From: an uncultured Marinoscillum sp.
Lineage (GTDB): Bacteria; Bacteroidota; Bacteroidia; Cytophagales; MED-G16
Assembly: GCA_964527965.1 (NCBI GenBank)
Contig: CAZGPH010000005.1
Span: 16,395 to 80,394, forward strand
Reading direction: 5' to 3'
Length of the DNA stretch: 64,000 bases
Positions 1-9,267 of the stretch are shown here, in pieces. Positions within the stretch are counted from its first letter, which is position 1, and every line of letters starts with the position of its first letter. The notes under the pieces are model-generated. The model did not search any database, was not told where the DNA came from, and saw nothing but the letters and a program-made list of their open reading frames with translations. The position numbers and the translations under genes were made by a program.

Positions 1-1215
1 ATTAATAAATTAAAAAATTTAGGACCAGGTATAATCATTACCTCAGCTTTTATTGGTCCTGGAACTGTTACAATATGTACATTAGCAGGCATAAATTATG
101 GGTATTCTCTAATTTGGTGTATAATTTTTTCAATTATAGCAACATGTTATCTTCAAGAAGTAAGCTCAAGACTTGGAATAATTTCAAGAAAGGGTCTAAG
201 TGAGATACTGACAGACATAGACAATACCTTTATCAGGAGAATTATTATAAGTATAATTTTTCTTTCTCTCTTTATTGGAAATGCAGCTTATGAATCTGGA
301 AATATTAGCGGGACAGTGATGGGATTAGAAACATTTCTAGGATCTATAGAATTTTCATTACTTTCTTATAAAATTAATTTTACCCCAATAGCTATTGGGA
401 TATTTCTAGCATTAATTATTGGAAATGGATCATATAAAATTTTTGAAAAAATTTTAGTTCTATTAGTCTTTACAATGAGTATTACCTTTGTGCTAGTTGC
501 TATAACATCAACTCCAAGCATAAAAGATTTACTAGGTGGATTAAGACCTAATGTTACTGAAACTAATTTTATTTATGTGGTAGGTTTAATAGGCACAACA
601 GTAGTTCCATATAACTTATTCTTGCATTCATATGTTGCAAAAAAAAGATGGGTAACAGCTGAAGATTATAAGTCATCAGTTTACGATACAGTATTATCCA
701 TTGTTATCGGTGGAATAATATCCTTATCAATAATTATTACAGCAGCTTCATCACAGATTTCTATAAATCAAAATGAGATAAAAAATGCTGTTGATTTAGG
801 TAATCAGTTATCTCCTACTCTTGGATCTTTCTCAAAATATTTTATATCTATTGGATTATTTTGTGCTGGAATTACTTCTTCAATAACAGCACCTATTGCT
901 ACTTCATATGCTCTCTCAGGGATTTTTAATTATAAAGCAGAGTGGAATGATAAAATATTCAAAAGAGTGGCTTATATAGTTATCTCAATAGGTGTTTTCT
1001 TCTCTTCAGTAAATTATAATCCTATCTTAGTAATTAAACTAGCTCAATTCGTAAACGGATTATTTTTACCATTTATAGCCATCTTTTTAATTTGGTCAGT
1101 TAATAAAAGAAATGTTATGGGTAAGTACGTTAATTCTAATTTTTATAATTTACTTGGTATTTTAATTGTACTTATTTCACTAGTAATTAGTTATAGAAGT
1201 TTAATTTTATTATGA
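1..1215 (+). CDS. Nramp-family divalent metal cation transporter (5' end outside window)
   Basis: Frame +1 is open from nt 1. The track ORF simply starts at the first in-frame GTG/ATG at 316. nt 1-315 translate to INKLKNLGPGIIITSAFIGPGTVTICTLAG..., which shows the paired GPG motifs and multi-helix hydrophobic profile typical of Nramp/MntH-type transporters. The stop overlaps the next start (ATGA at 1212-1215). Confidence 0.75.
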   Translation: MNKLKNLGPGIIITSAFIGPGTVTICTLAGINYGYSLIWCIIFSIIATCYLQEVSSRLGIISRKGLSEILTDIDNTFIRRIIISIIFLSLFIGNAAYESGNISGTVMGLETFLGSIEFSLLSYKINFTPIAIGIFLALIIGNGSYKIFEKILVLLVFTMSITFVLVAITSTPSIKDLLGGLRPNVTETNFIYVVGLIGTTVVPYNLFLHSYVAKKRWVTAEDYKSSVYDTVLSIVIGGIISLSIIITAASSQISINQNEIKNAVDLGNQLSPTLGSFSKYFISIGLFCAGITSSITAPIATSYALSGIFNYKAEWNDKIFKRVAYIVISIGVFFSSVNYNPILVIKLAQFVNGLFLPFIAIFLIWSVNKRNVMGKYVNSNFYNLLGILIVLISLVISYRSLILL

Positions 1216-1958
1216 AAAAATTCATTGATTTAAATTGTGATATGGGGGAATCCTACTATGACAAAAAAATTGGAAATGATGAAAAAATACTACCATATAT
1301 AACTTCATGTAACATAGCGTGTGGTTTTCATGGCGGAGATTCTGAAACTATTTCAAAAACAATCTTATTAGCTATAAAGAATAATGTAAAAATAGGTGCT
1401 CACCCATCTTTTCATGATATTGAAGGGTTTGGAAGAAGAAAATATAATCTAAAAAAGAAAGAGCTAGAATCTATTTTATTATATCAAATTTCAGCATTAA
1501 AAGGTATGGCAGAGTCATTTGGTACAAAATTAAATCATGTTAAGCCACATGGTGCACTTTATAATATGGCAAGTATAGATTTAGAAATAGCAGAAATAAT
1601 TGTAAATACAATTAAAAAAATAGATACTAATTTAATCTTATATGGACCTTCGATGAACAAGTGGAAAGAGCTATCCGAAAGTAATGGTATAAAATATTTA
1701 TCTGAAGTATTCTCTGACAGAAATTATAATGATGACCTTACTCTAGTAGACAGAAATCTAAATAATGCTATGATTACTGATCCAGATATTTCATTGAATC
1801 ATATTAACTCAATGATTGATTTAGGAAAAGTTAAGACTATCAGTGGGAAATTAGAAGACATAGAATTAGATACTATATGTATTCACGGTGATCAACCAAA
1901 TGCATTACTATTTGCTAGGACTATATATAATGACCTTAATTCAAAGGGATTAATATGA
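1212..1958 (+). CDS. pxpA: 5-oxoprolinase subunit A (LamB/YcsF family)
   Basis: Contains the LamB/YcsF hallmarks DLNCDMGE, NIACGFHGGD, VKPHGALYN and CIHGD. It has 4-nt ATGA overlaps with both neighbours. Confidence 0.85.
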   Translation: MKKFIDLNCDMGESYYDKKIGNDEKILPYITSCNIACGFHGGDSETISKTILLAIKNNVKIGAHPSFHDIEGFGRRKYNLKKKELESILLYQISALKGMAESFGTKLNHVKPHGALYNMASIDLEIAEIIVNTIKKIDTNLILYGPSMNKWKELSESNGIKYLSEVFSDRNYNDDLTLVDRNLNNAMITDPDISLNHINSMIDLGKVKTISGKLEDIELDTICIHGDQPNALLFARTIYNDLNSKGLI

Positions 1959-2635
1959 TTGATAAACCAAATATCATCCCATCAGGTGATTCAATATTGA
2001 TTATAAGAAGTTTAAAGAAAATTACATCTGATAAACTAAACTCAATACTAGATAGAATTAATTCAGCTAATATCTCTGAAGTAGAAGATGTTTTAATTTT
2101 AAAAGATCATATAGGGATATTTTATAACCCATATAAGTCAACTTTCAAGGAACTAAAATCTAAAATAATTTCTCTTCTTTCAGATGATTCAATAAAAATA
2201 AAATCTAATAAAAAAAGAAATTGGAAAATACCAATATGTTATAATCCTGAATTAGCTCTTGACATTAAAAATGTGTCAGAAATACTTAAAATCGACACAA
2301 AAGAATTTATAGAAAAACATAAAAAATCATCCTATATCGTTGATATGATAGGCTTTCTTCCTGGATTCCTATACCTTGGAGGCTTAGATAATTCTCTAAG
2401 TTTGCCGAGAAAAAAAGTTCCAAGAAAAATTATACCTAAGGGTTCAATAGGAATTGCAGAGAAACAAACTGGAATATATAATATAGAAAGCCCTGGAGGC
2501 TGGAATATAATTGGGAGAACTCCTTTGGAACTTTTTGACAAAAACTCAGAACCACCAATAAAAATAAGACAAGGAGATTCAATTACCTTTTATGAGGTGG
2601 ATATTAATGAATTTAATAGAATTACTAATCTATGA
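1955..2635 (+). CDS. pxpB: 5-oxoprolinase subunit B (KipI / allophanate hydrolase subunit 1 family)
   Basis: Contains the family-typical motifs GFLPGFLYLGGLD, LPRKKVPRKIIPKGSIGIAEKQTGIY and SPGGWNIIGRTP. It sits between pxpA and pxpC. Confidence 0.8.
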   Translation: MIDKPNIIPSGDSILIIRSLKKITSDKLNSILDRINSANISEVEDVLILKDHIGIFYNPYKSTFKELKSKIISLLSDDSIKIKSNKKRNWKIPICYNPELALDIKNVSEILKIDTKEFIEKHKKSSYIVDMIGFLPGFLYLGGLDNSLSLPRKKVPRKIIPKGSIGIAEKQTGIYNIESPGGWNIIGRTPLELFDKNSEPPIKIRQGDSITFYEVDINEFNRITNL

Positions 2636-3573
2636 ATAAAATCAAAATTTTAAGATCTGGACTATATACAACTGTTCAAGACATGAGAAGGGTTGGCTTT
2701 AAAAGATATGGTATTCCAGATAGTGGTCCAATGGATGAATACTCTCATATTTTAGCTAACTGGCTGGTGGGAAACCATTATTCATCAGAAACACTTGAAA
2801 TTAATTATTATGGACCTAAAATTAAATTTAATTTTGACACAACTATTGGTCTTTCTGGAGCAAATTTTAATGCATATCTAAATGATAAAAAACTTGTAAT
2901 AAATAAATCAGTAAAGGTTAAATCAGGAGATTTATTAGATATAGGTATGTGTTTAGATGGTGGAAGGATATATTTATCATTTTCTGCAAAAATGAAATTA
3001 CTTAAATCATTTAATAGCCTCTCGACTTACGATAAGATTAAGATAGGTGGTGTGAATGGTAAAAAATTAGCAAAAAATGATTTTATAAATTTTTTAAAAT
3101 CCAAGGAAGTTATTCACAGAACTATTCCAGATTCATTTAATAGGAAATATCAAAAAATCTCTACCATTAGAATTATAAAAGGAGTCAATTATGATATGAT
3201 TAATGAAAAGTCTATTCAGAATGTATGTAAAGAGTTTAAGGTTAGTTCAGATAGTGATAGGATGGGAATACGCCTAAAAGGAAATAAATTAAAAGTTCTA
3301 AATCAAAACTCTATAGAGAGTACAATAGTATCAAAAGGAACTATACAATTACCTCCTGGAGGTGACCCCATAATCCTTATGAGTGACTCACAGTCAACTG
3401 GAGGATATCCTATCCTAGCTAACATAGCAAGAGTAGATATTCCAAAAGTTTCTCAGATTAAACCAGAAAGTATACTGAAATTTAAGTTTATAACATTAGA
3501 GGAATCAGAGTCTCTTATAAATTTTGAAAAGAGAAAATTTAAATCTAAACTAGGGATTGATCTCTCATCCTAA
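2632..3573 (+). CDS. pxpC: 5-oxoprolinase subunit C (KipA / allophanate hydrolase subunit 2 family)
   Basis: Contains GLYTTVQDMRRVGFKRYGIPDSGPMD, SDRMGIRLKG and GTIQLPPGGDPIILMSDSQSTGGYP. It is the last gene of the pxpABC run. Confidence 0.8.
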   Translation: MNKIKILRSGLYTTVQDMRRVGFKRYGIPDSGPMDEYSHILANWLVGNHYSSETLEINYYGPKIKFNFDTTIGLSGANFNAYLNDKKLVINKSVKVKSGDLLDIGMCLDGGRIYLSFSAKMKLLKSFNSLSTYDKIKIGGVNGKKLAKNDFINFLKSKEVIHRTIPDSFNRKYQKISTIRIIKGVNYDMINEKSIQNVCKEFKVSSDSDRMGIRLKGNKLKVLNQNSIESTIVSKGTIQLPPGGDPIILMSDSQSTGGYPILANIARVDIPKVSQIKPESILKFKFITLEESESLINFEKRKFKSKLGIDLSS

Positions 3574-6531
3574 TTTTTGTTTTAATAATTTAAATTGGTT
3601 TTTTAACTCATTTAACCTCATATAAGCATCATTTCCAGGTTTCTGATCTGCTCTACTTAACATAGACTGTAAATATCTTATCTGATCTATTAACATAGGC
3701 CTCATATAGGTTCCTTCTTGAGTATTTAATTCTTTAGATACTGAGATAAGATCTCTATTTTTTTTCTTTTTCTTCATTTTAGACTCTACCATATTCTCAA
3801 ACATTCTAACCTCAGTCATAAAATCTCTAATTTCTAGTAGAAGTTCTTCTTGCTCATTATAATCATCGCCAGAAATATCTGAAAGTCTTGGATCAGGTAA
3901 AATTTCAAAATCTTGAGAATAAGAATTCCCATCAATATTAAAAATTACTTTATACTTACCAGGTTTAACCATAGGTCCATTTCTAAATGAGAACCTTTTA
4001 TTTTTACTCCAAGAACCTCTATGTCTCATATCCCAATTAAATCTATTAATTCCAGATTTCTTTGAAATTTTTGAACTAGAAATATACGTGAATTCATTTG
4101 TAGACATTTCGTAATCATCAACTTCATCATTACCAGCTGAAGACCTGAAAGAGTTAATAATATTGTCTTCTAAATCATAAATAGAGATTGTTATATCACT
4201 GACTTCATTTGAATTTAATTTATAATCAAAATCTACTGTCGTCTGTGGATATGACACATGATTATTATTTGATGGTCTATACCTATACCTTATAGTATTA
4301 GCAACAGGATAAAGTACTCCTACTTCTTCATTGTCTAAATTTCTTAAATAATTTATGTTATCCATAATCCAAAATGATCTTCCCATTGTAGCTAGTACAA
4401 CATCATCTCTGTGAATTTTAATATCTGTTATTGGTGTCACAGGTAAATTTTGTTGGAAAGAGTGCCAATGATTTCCATCATCCAAGGACATATACATCCC
4501 AAACTCAGTTCCTGCAAATAAAATGCCTTCTTTTTCTGTATCTTCCCTTATTACCCTAACTGGATAATCTTCAGGAATTCCTTTAGTTATCAGTTCCCAT
4601 TCTTCACCGTAATTAAGTGTTTTATATATATAAGGACTCCAGTCACCTAATTGGTATCTTAATATTGTAACAAAGGCCTTTCCCTCTTCATGAGGAGAAG
4701 GTTCTACTGAATCTACCCTTCCACCATTTAATTTCTTATCTGGTGTTACATCTTTCCATGTTCTGCCCCCATCTCTTGTAACATGAACAGGGCCATCATT
4801 TGCACCAACCCATATCAGTCCCTCTTTAAGTTTTGATTCCCTTACAGAGTAAATAGTGCTATAAAACTCTTCGCCAGTAATATCTCTTGTTATTGGAGAT
4901 CCTGATATTACCTGTTTATCTGGATCAAATGCAGTTAAATCAGGAGATATTGTCTCCCATGTTACTCCCTCGTCAGTCGTCTTGTGAAGATATTGCGATG
5001 CGTGATATATAACATTAGAGTCATGAGGAGATACATGAATTGGTGAAACTCTCTGAAACCTATACTTTAGATTTTTTGGATTATGACCATACATATTAGA
5101 CGCTCCTACGTAGTACTGTTTTTCTTGTCCAGTCAATTTATTATAGACACCAAACCTTCCTTTACAGTTAGAATATACAATATTTGGATTTCCAGGTTTA
5201 GGTACAGCTGGTCCTGTTTCACATCCACCTGTATTTGTAATATACGCATTAGGACCTGCTTGTAATCCGTAAGGAGGTAGACTAGGAACAGATACTGTAG
5301 AGTAATTGTCTTGCTGACCTCCGTATAACCAGTAAGGGAACTGATCGTCAACTTCTACCTGATATATCTCAGCTGTGGGTTGATTAAATTGGGTTGACCA
5401 AGTCTCACCCGAATTAAAGGTAATATTTGCTCCTCCATCATTAGACTGAACCCATACTGACGTGTCACTAGAGTTAATCCATATGTCATGGTTATCACCG
5501 TGAGGTGTTGAATAAGATCTCCATGACTTACCAGCATCCCTTGAGATCATAAACCTATTAGCACTAGAATATAAAATATCTGAATTCAGTGGATTAGACT
5601 CTACATTAAGATAATAAAATGGTCTATTTACAAGTTCTTCTCTGTTATTCATATGTTTAAACGTCTTTCCCCTATCCTCAGACTTGTATAATCCTCCCTT
5701 TCCCTCAGAAGCTTCTACCATAACAAATAATCTATCTGGAGATGATTTTGATACAGCAAAATCAATTTTACCTATATATTTACTCTCAATACCTAGGTCT
5801 ATTTTCTTCCAATTTTTACCACCGTCAACAGACTTGTAAGCTCCTCCGTTTACAGACCCACTAATAATCGTCCAAGGTTTCCTTTCTACCCTCCATGAGG
5901 CGGCATATATAGTATTAGGATCATCAGGAGCAAACTCTACGTCAACAATTCCTATAGAGTCAGATATATATAATATCTTATTCCATGTCTTTCCACCATC
6001 TTTAGTCTCAAAAAGACCTCTCTCAGTATTATTTTTAAATGGTTGACCTATAGCAGCTACTAAAACTCTATTAGGGTCATCCGGATGTATTTCAACTGCC
6101 CCAATCTGACCTGAATTTTCAAGACCAATATGATCCCAAGACTTACCAGAATCAGATGATTTATATATACCCTTACCCACAATAATGTTAGACCTTATAC
6201 CGTCTGAACCTGTACCTATATAAACTATTTTTGGATCTTTTTGGTAAACATTTATGGCCCCTATCGAAGGAGATTTAAAATATCCATCAGATATGTTAAA
6301 CCAATTATTTCCAGAGTCAGTGGTCTTCCATACTCCACCACCAGTTGTACCCATATAGAAAGTATTTCTCTCTGTATCTACCCCGTGTACAGTCGTTACC
6401 CTTCCTCCCCTTGTAGGTCCTACATTTCTATACTTCAGGTTTTTAAATATATCATTTCCTTCATTTGGGAATGCTTTTATTGAATTAAAGTTAGGTTGAA
6501 CTAATAAAAGTATAAATATTAATAATCTCAT
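3565..6531 (-). CDS. secreted BNR/Asp-box repeat double beta-propeller protein (sortilin/VPS10-like or GH74-like), function unknown
   Basis: Has an N-terminal signal peptide (MRLLIFILLLVQ...). It carries at least 8 Asp-box motifs of the form SxDxGxTW: SSDSGKSW, TKDGGKTW, SVDGGKNW, SEDRGKTF, SRDAGKSW, TTDEGVTW, TRDGGRTW and SLDDGNHW. A non-propeller C-terminal region of about 200 aa has a K-rich, coiled-coil-like end. Confidence 0.75.
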   Translation of the reverse strand: MRLLIFILLLVQPNFNSIKAFPNEGNDIFKNLKYRNVGPTRGGRVTTVHGVDTERNTFYMGTTGGGVWKTTDSGNNWFNISDGYFKSPSIGAINVYQKDPKIVYIGTGSDGIRSNIIVGKGIYKSSDSGKSWDHIGLENSGQIGAVEIHPDDPNRVLVAAIGQPFKNNTERGLFETKDGGKTWNKILYISDSIGIVDVEFAPDDPNTIYAASWRVERKPWTIISGSVNGGAYKSVDGGKNWKKIDLGIESKYIGKIDFAVSKSSPDRLFVMVEASEGKGGLYKSEDRGKTFKHMNNREELVNRPFYYLNVESNPLNSDILYSSANRFMISRDAGKSWRSYSTPHGDNHDIWINSSDTSVWVQSNDGGANITFNSGETWSTQFNQPTAEIYQVEVDDQFPYWLYGGQQDNYSTVSVPSLPPYGLQAGPNAYITNTGGCETGPAVPKPGNPNIVYSNCKGRFGVYNKLTGQEKQYYVGASNMYGHNPKNLKYRFQRVSPIHVSPHDSNVIYHASQYLHKTTDEGVTWETISPDLTAFDPDKQVISGSPITRDITGEEFYSTIYSVRESKLKEGLIWVGANDGPVHVTRDGGRTWKDVTPDKKLNGGRVDSVEPSPHEEGKAFVTILRYQLGDWSPYIYKTLNYGEEWELITKGIPEDYPVRVIREDTEKEGILFAGTEFGMYMSLDDGNHWHSFQQNLPVTPITDIKIHRDDVVLATMGRSFWIMDNINYLRNLDNEEVGVLYPVANTIRYRYRPSNNNHVSYPQTTVDFDYKLNSNEVSDITISIYDLEDNIINSFRSSAGNDEVDDYEMSTNEFTYISSSKISKKSGINRFNWDMRHRGSWSKNKRFSFRNGPMVKPGKYKVIFNIDGNSYSQDFEILPDPRLSDISGDDYNEQEELLLEIRDFMTEVRMFENMVESKMKKKKKNRDLISVSKELNTQEGTYMRPMLIDQIRYLQSMLSRADQKPGNDAYMRLNELKNQFKLLKQKLG

Positions 6532-7487
6532 TTTTCAATTTTTAGTTGTTTATATACAGCATTTGTAATCATAATATCTTGTACAGCGACACCCGTTAAG
6601 TCGGCAACTGTTATTTCGTCTTCATCTTTTCTATATTTCTTCCCAGAATCAATTATCTCTCCCAATTCTATGAGTTTGTCTTCACTTATTAAATCTTTAT
6701 CTAGAGCCTTTTTTGTTTCTCCTCTTTCCAGACACTGAGAAATACTATCGACAACTAGTGAATCAGCCATTTTTAAGATTTCAGGATCTAACTCCCTTTT
6801 ATCAGGGGTATCAGAGCCAACTGCAGTAATATGAGTGCCTTTCTTCACATCATCTTTAAATATTAATGATTCGTTAGCATTGGTCGTAGTAACTATGAGA
6901 TTTGAATTTTCACATAATTCCTTAGAATTATCTACTATGTTCATCTTAAATTCAAATTTCTTCATATCATCAATATATCTTTCTACCCTACTATTATCTC
7001 TACCTAATATATACACTTCTTTACAATTAACAACATCTGAGAGGTATTCTAATTGCATCCTTGCCTGGATACCATTTCCTACAATACCAATGCCCTTAAC
7101 ATCATTTGGAGCTAAATACTTAGCACATATAGCTCCTGCAATTGCTGTCCTCACATTAGTCAGGTAACCCTCATCATGCAATAAGCATTTTAAGTAACCT
7201 GTATTTTTATCAAACATAACCATGACCCCATGGCTACTAGAAAGACCTAATTTTTCATTATTTGAAAATCCAGATGCTATCTTGACAACATAATTATCTT
7301 GACTTTTGATATATCCATATTTTATATGTACATCTCCAGGAGGTTCATCAAAAAGTAATTCTCCAACAGGTGGAACCACTGAGTTACCCCTTGAGTATTC
7401 TACAAAACCTTTCTCAATTGACTCAATTAGATTTACACCTTTAAGAGCTTCTAGTATTTGATTTTTATTATAAAAATAAGGATTCAT
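6528..7487 (-). CDS. ornithine cyclodeaminase / mu-crystallin family NAD(P)-dependent enzyme
   Basis: The length of about 320 aa fits the family, and the mid-protein Rossmann motif GIGIVGNGIQARMQLEYL is present. Overall similarity to the OCD/mu-crystallin family is judged by eye. It overlaps both neighbours by 4 nt. Confidence 0.7.
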   Translation of the reverse strand: MNPYFYNKNQILEALKGVNLIESIEKGFVEYSRGNSVVPPVGELLFDEPPGDVHIKYGYIKSQDNYVVKIASGFSNNEKLGLSSSHGVMVMFDKNTGYLKCLLHDEGYLTNVRTAIAGAICAKYLAPNDVKGIGIVGNGIQARMQLEYLSDVVNCKEVYILGRDNSRVERYIDDMKKFEFKMNIVDNSKELCENSNLIVTTTNANESLIFKDDVKKGTHITAVGSDTPDKRELDPEILKMADSLVVDSISQCLERGETKKALDKDLISEDKLIELGEIIDSGKKYRKDEDEITVADLTGVAVQDIMITNAVYKQLKIEK

Positions 7488-8428
7488 AGTATTGACTTTA
7501 TAGTTTCTGATCCAATATTACCACCACAAATAATAACAGCAATATTTTTATTTTTAAATTCTTTCTTCATCTTTATTAGAGAAGCAATGGCTACTGCTGC
7601 TGAGCCTTCTATTACAATCTTATCATAATTAAGGGAGTCTCTAATCTGTTCAGCTATCTCCTCCTCAGAAACCAGACAGTAGTCATCAATTAAATTTCTA
7701 CACAAGTCGAAAGTAATTGATCCCTCTTCTACTCCACCAGCAGAACCATCAGAGAGTGTATCTTTTGATTCTGAGTTGATAATTTTCCCATGTTTAATTG
7801 AATTAATCATTATCGATGAATTTTCTGGTGAGCATCCAATAACCTTAATATCTGGATTTTTTGATTTTAGGTAGTGAGCAATACCAGATATAAGTCCTCC
7901 TCCACCTACTGTAATAAACACGACATCAATCTTATCATTTTCCTCTAATATCTCAACACCGATAGTTCCCTGACCTGATATAACATCTATGTCATTATAT
8001 GGAGATATAAATGTATAATTATTTTCTCTGGATACTCTTATAGCCTCATTTTCAGCATCTAGACAGTCATCACCAAACTTTATAACCTCTGAGCCATATG
8101 ATCTTATATTATCAGCTTTAAGCTTCTTTACGTTTGTAGGGACATATATTTTCCCTTTCTTATCTCTTTTATTTAATGCGTATGAGACCGCAGCTCCATG
8201 GTTTCCAGAAGAGGCAGTAACTACTGGTCTGTCAGAATTCATATTTACAACTTTATTTAGTGCCCCTCTTACCTTAAAAGATCCTGTTTTCTGTAAATTT
8301 TCAAGTTTTAAATAGATTTCTGATCCACATTCTTTAGAGAGTCTTTCCGAGTAAGATAACGGTGTTCGGTTAATATATTTTTTAATTCTCTTAAGAGATT
8401 CTTCTGAGGAAGGAATATCTAAATTCAT
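7484..8428 (-). CDS. PLP-dependent threonine/serine dehydratase-like enzyme (tryptophan-synthase-beta fold)
   Basis: Contains KLENLQKTGSFKVRGALNK (PLP-lysine motif SFKxRGA), SSGNHGAAVSYA and the glycine loop VGGGGLISGIA. Confidence 0.75.
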   Translation of the reverse strand: MNLDIPSSEESLKRIKKYINRTPLSYSERLSKECGSEIYLKLENLQKTGSFKVRGALNKVVNMNSDRPVVTASSGNHGAAVSYALNKRDKKGKIYVPTNVKKLKADNIRSYGSEVIKFGDDCLDAENEAIRVSRENNYTFISPYNDIDVISGQGTIGVEILEENDKIDVVFITVGGGGLISGIAHYLKSKNPDIKVIGCSPENSSIMINSIKHGKIINSESKDTLSDGSAGGVEEGSITFDLCRNLIDDYCLVSEEEIAEQIRDSLNYDKIVIEGSAAVAIASLIKMKKEFKNKNIAVIICGGNIGSETIKSIL

Positions 8429-8430
8429 AC

Positions 8431-9267
8431 TTAAGAAAACTTTGATTTATTAATCTTTCTCATCTTCTTAAAGGGTATAAGAAACAGATCAGTAAAAGAA
8501 TTTATTTTATCATCTTTCATGTGAGTATCAATACCATAAACTATTGAAGATGAGTCATTTGCGCTATGAAAGGTCCCAAAGATTCTATCCCAAATTGAGA
8601 AGATATTACCATAATTTTTATCAGTTAAAGGTAGCTGGAAATGATGATGGACCTTGTGCATATTAGGAGTCACAAATACATAAGAGATGACTCTTTCAAG
8701 AGTTTGAGGAAGTCCTACATTAGCGTGAGTAAGGTGAGCAAATAATACAGATATACTTTGGTATAGCATCACTATTCCGATAGATGCTCCTGATACGTAT
8801 ATTCCTAGTATTGTAAATAAAATTCTAAATACGGTCTCCCCAGGATGATGCCTCAAACCTGTAGTAACATCTACATTCTCATCAGAATGGTGTACCACGT
8901 GAAATTTCCACATCCATGGGACCTTATGCTCAACAAGATGGACAAGATAGGCGCCTACTAGATCTAAAATAAGCAAGCATATTATTACTTCAACAAATAA
9001 AGGGAGATCAAATAGGTAAATGAAACCAATACCATATGTGTTTACAATCTCTGTTGATTTTAACAACACAAATGCAAATCCAAAACCTATTATAGCTGTT
9101 GTGATAGTAAAAAGAAGGTTTAAGATGGCATGGTTTGTTTTCTTATAATTAAGAGAATAAAAGGGAATGATACCCTCTAATACCCAAAAGAAGACAATTC
9201 CACCAAGAAGAATTATAGTCCTAAAGATGACTGGAACATCAGAAAAAAAGGAAATAATTTCACTCAT
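8431..9267 (-). CDS. fatty acid hydroxylase / sterol desaturase superfamily membrane di-iron enzyme
   Basis: Has four or more hydrophobic helices. It also carries the histidine boxes HLVEH, HVVHHSD and HKVHHH that characterise this superfamily. Confidence 0.75.
   Translation of the reverse strand: MSEIISFFSDVPVIFRTIILLGGIVFFWVLEGIIPFYSLNYKKTNHAILNLLFTITTAIIGFGFAFVLLKSTEIVNTYGIGFIYLFDLPLFVEVIICLLILDLVGAYLVHLVEHKVPWMWKFHVVHHSDENVDVTTGLRHHPGETVFRILFTILGIYVSGASIGIVMLYQSISVLFAHLTHANVGLPQTLERVISYVFVTPNMHKVHHHFQLPLTDKNYGNIFSIWDRIFGTFHSANDSSSIVYGIDTHMKDDKINSFTDLFLIPFKKMRKINKSKFS

Noticed and set aside
2332-2541. Short ORFs antisense to well-supported genes. These are 2332-2541, 5083-5537 (three ORFs), 6241-6483, 6835-7167, 9593-9778, 10423-10629, 13083-13667, 21429-21677, 24080-24355, 26623-26805, 27184-27444, 28796-29038, 30098-30331 and 42600-42782.
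   Set aside because: Each lies within, or largely overlaps, a longer ORF that has clear family motifs. None has a recognisable domain. They are typical of chance ORFs in AT-rich DNA.
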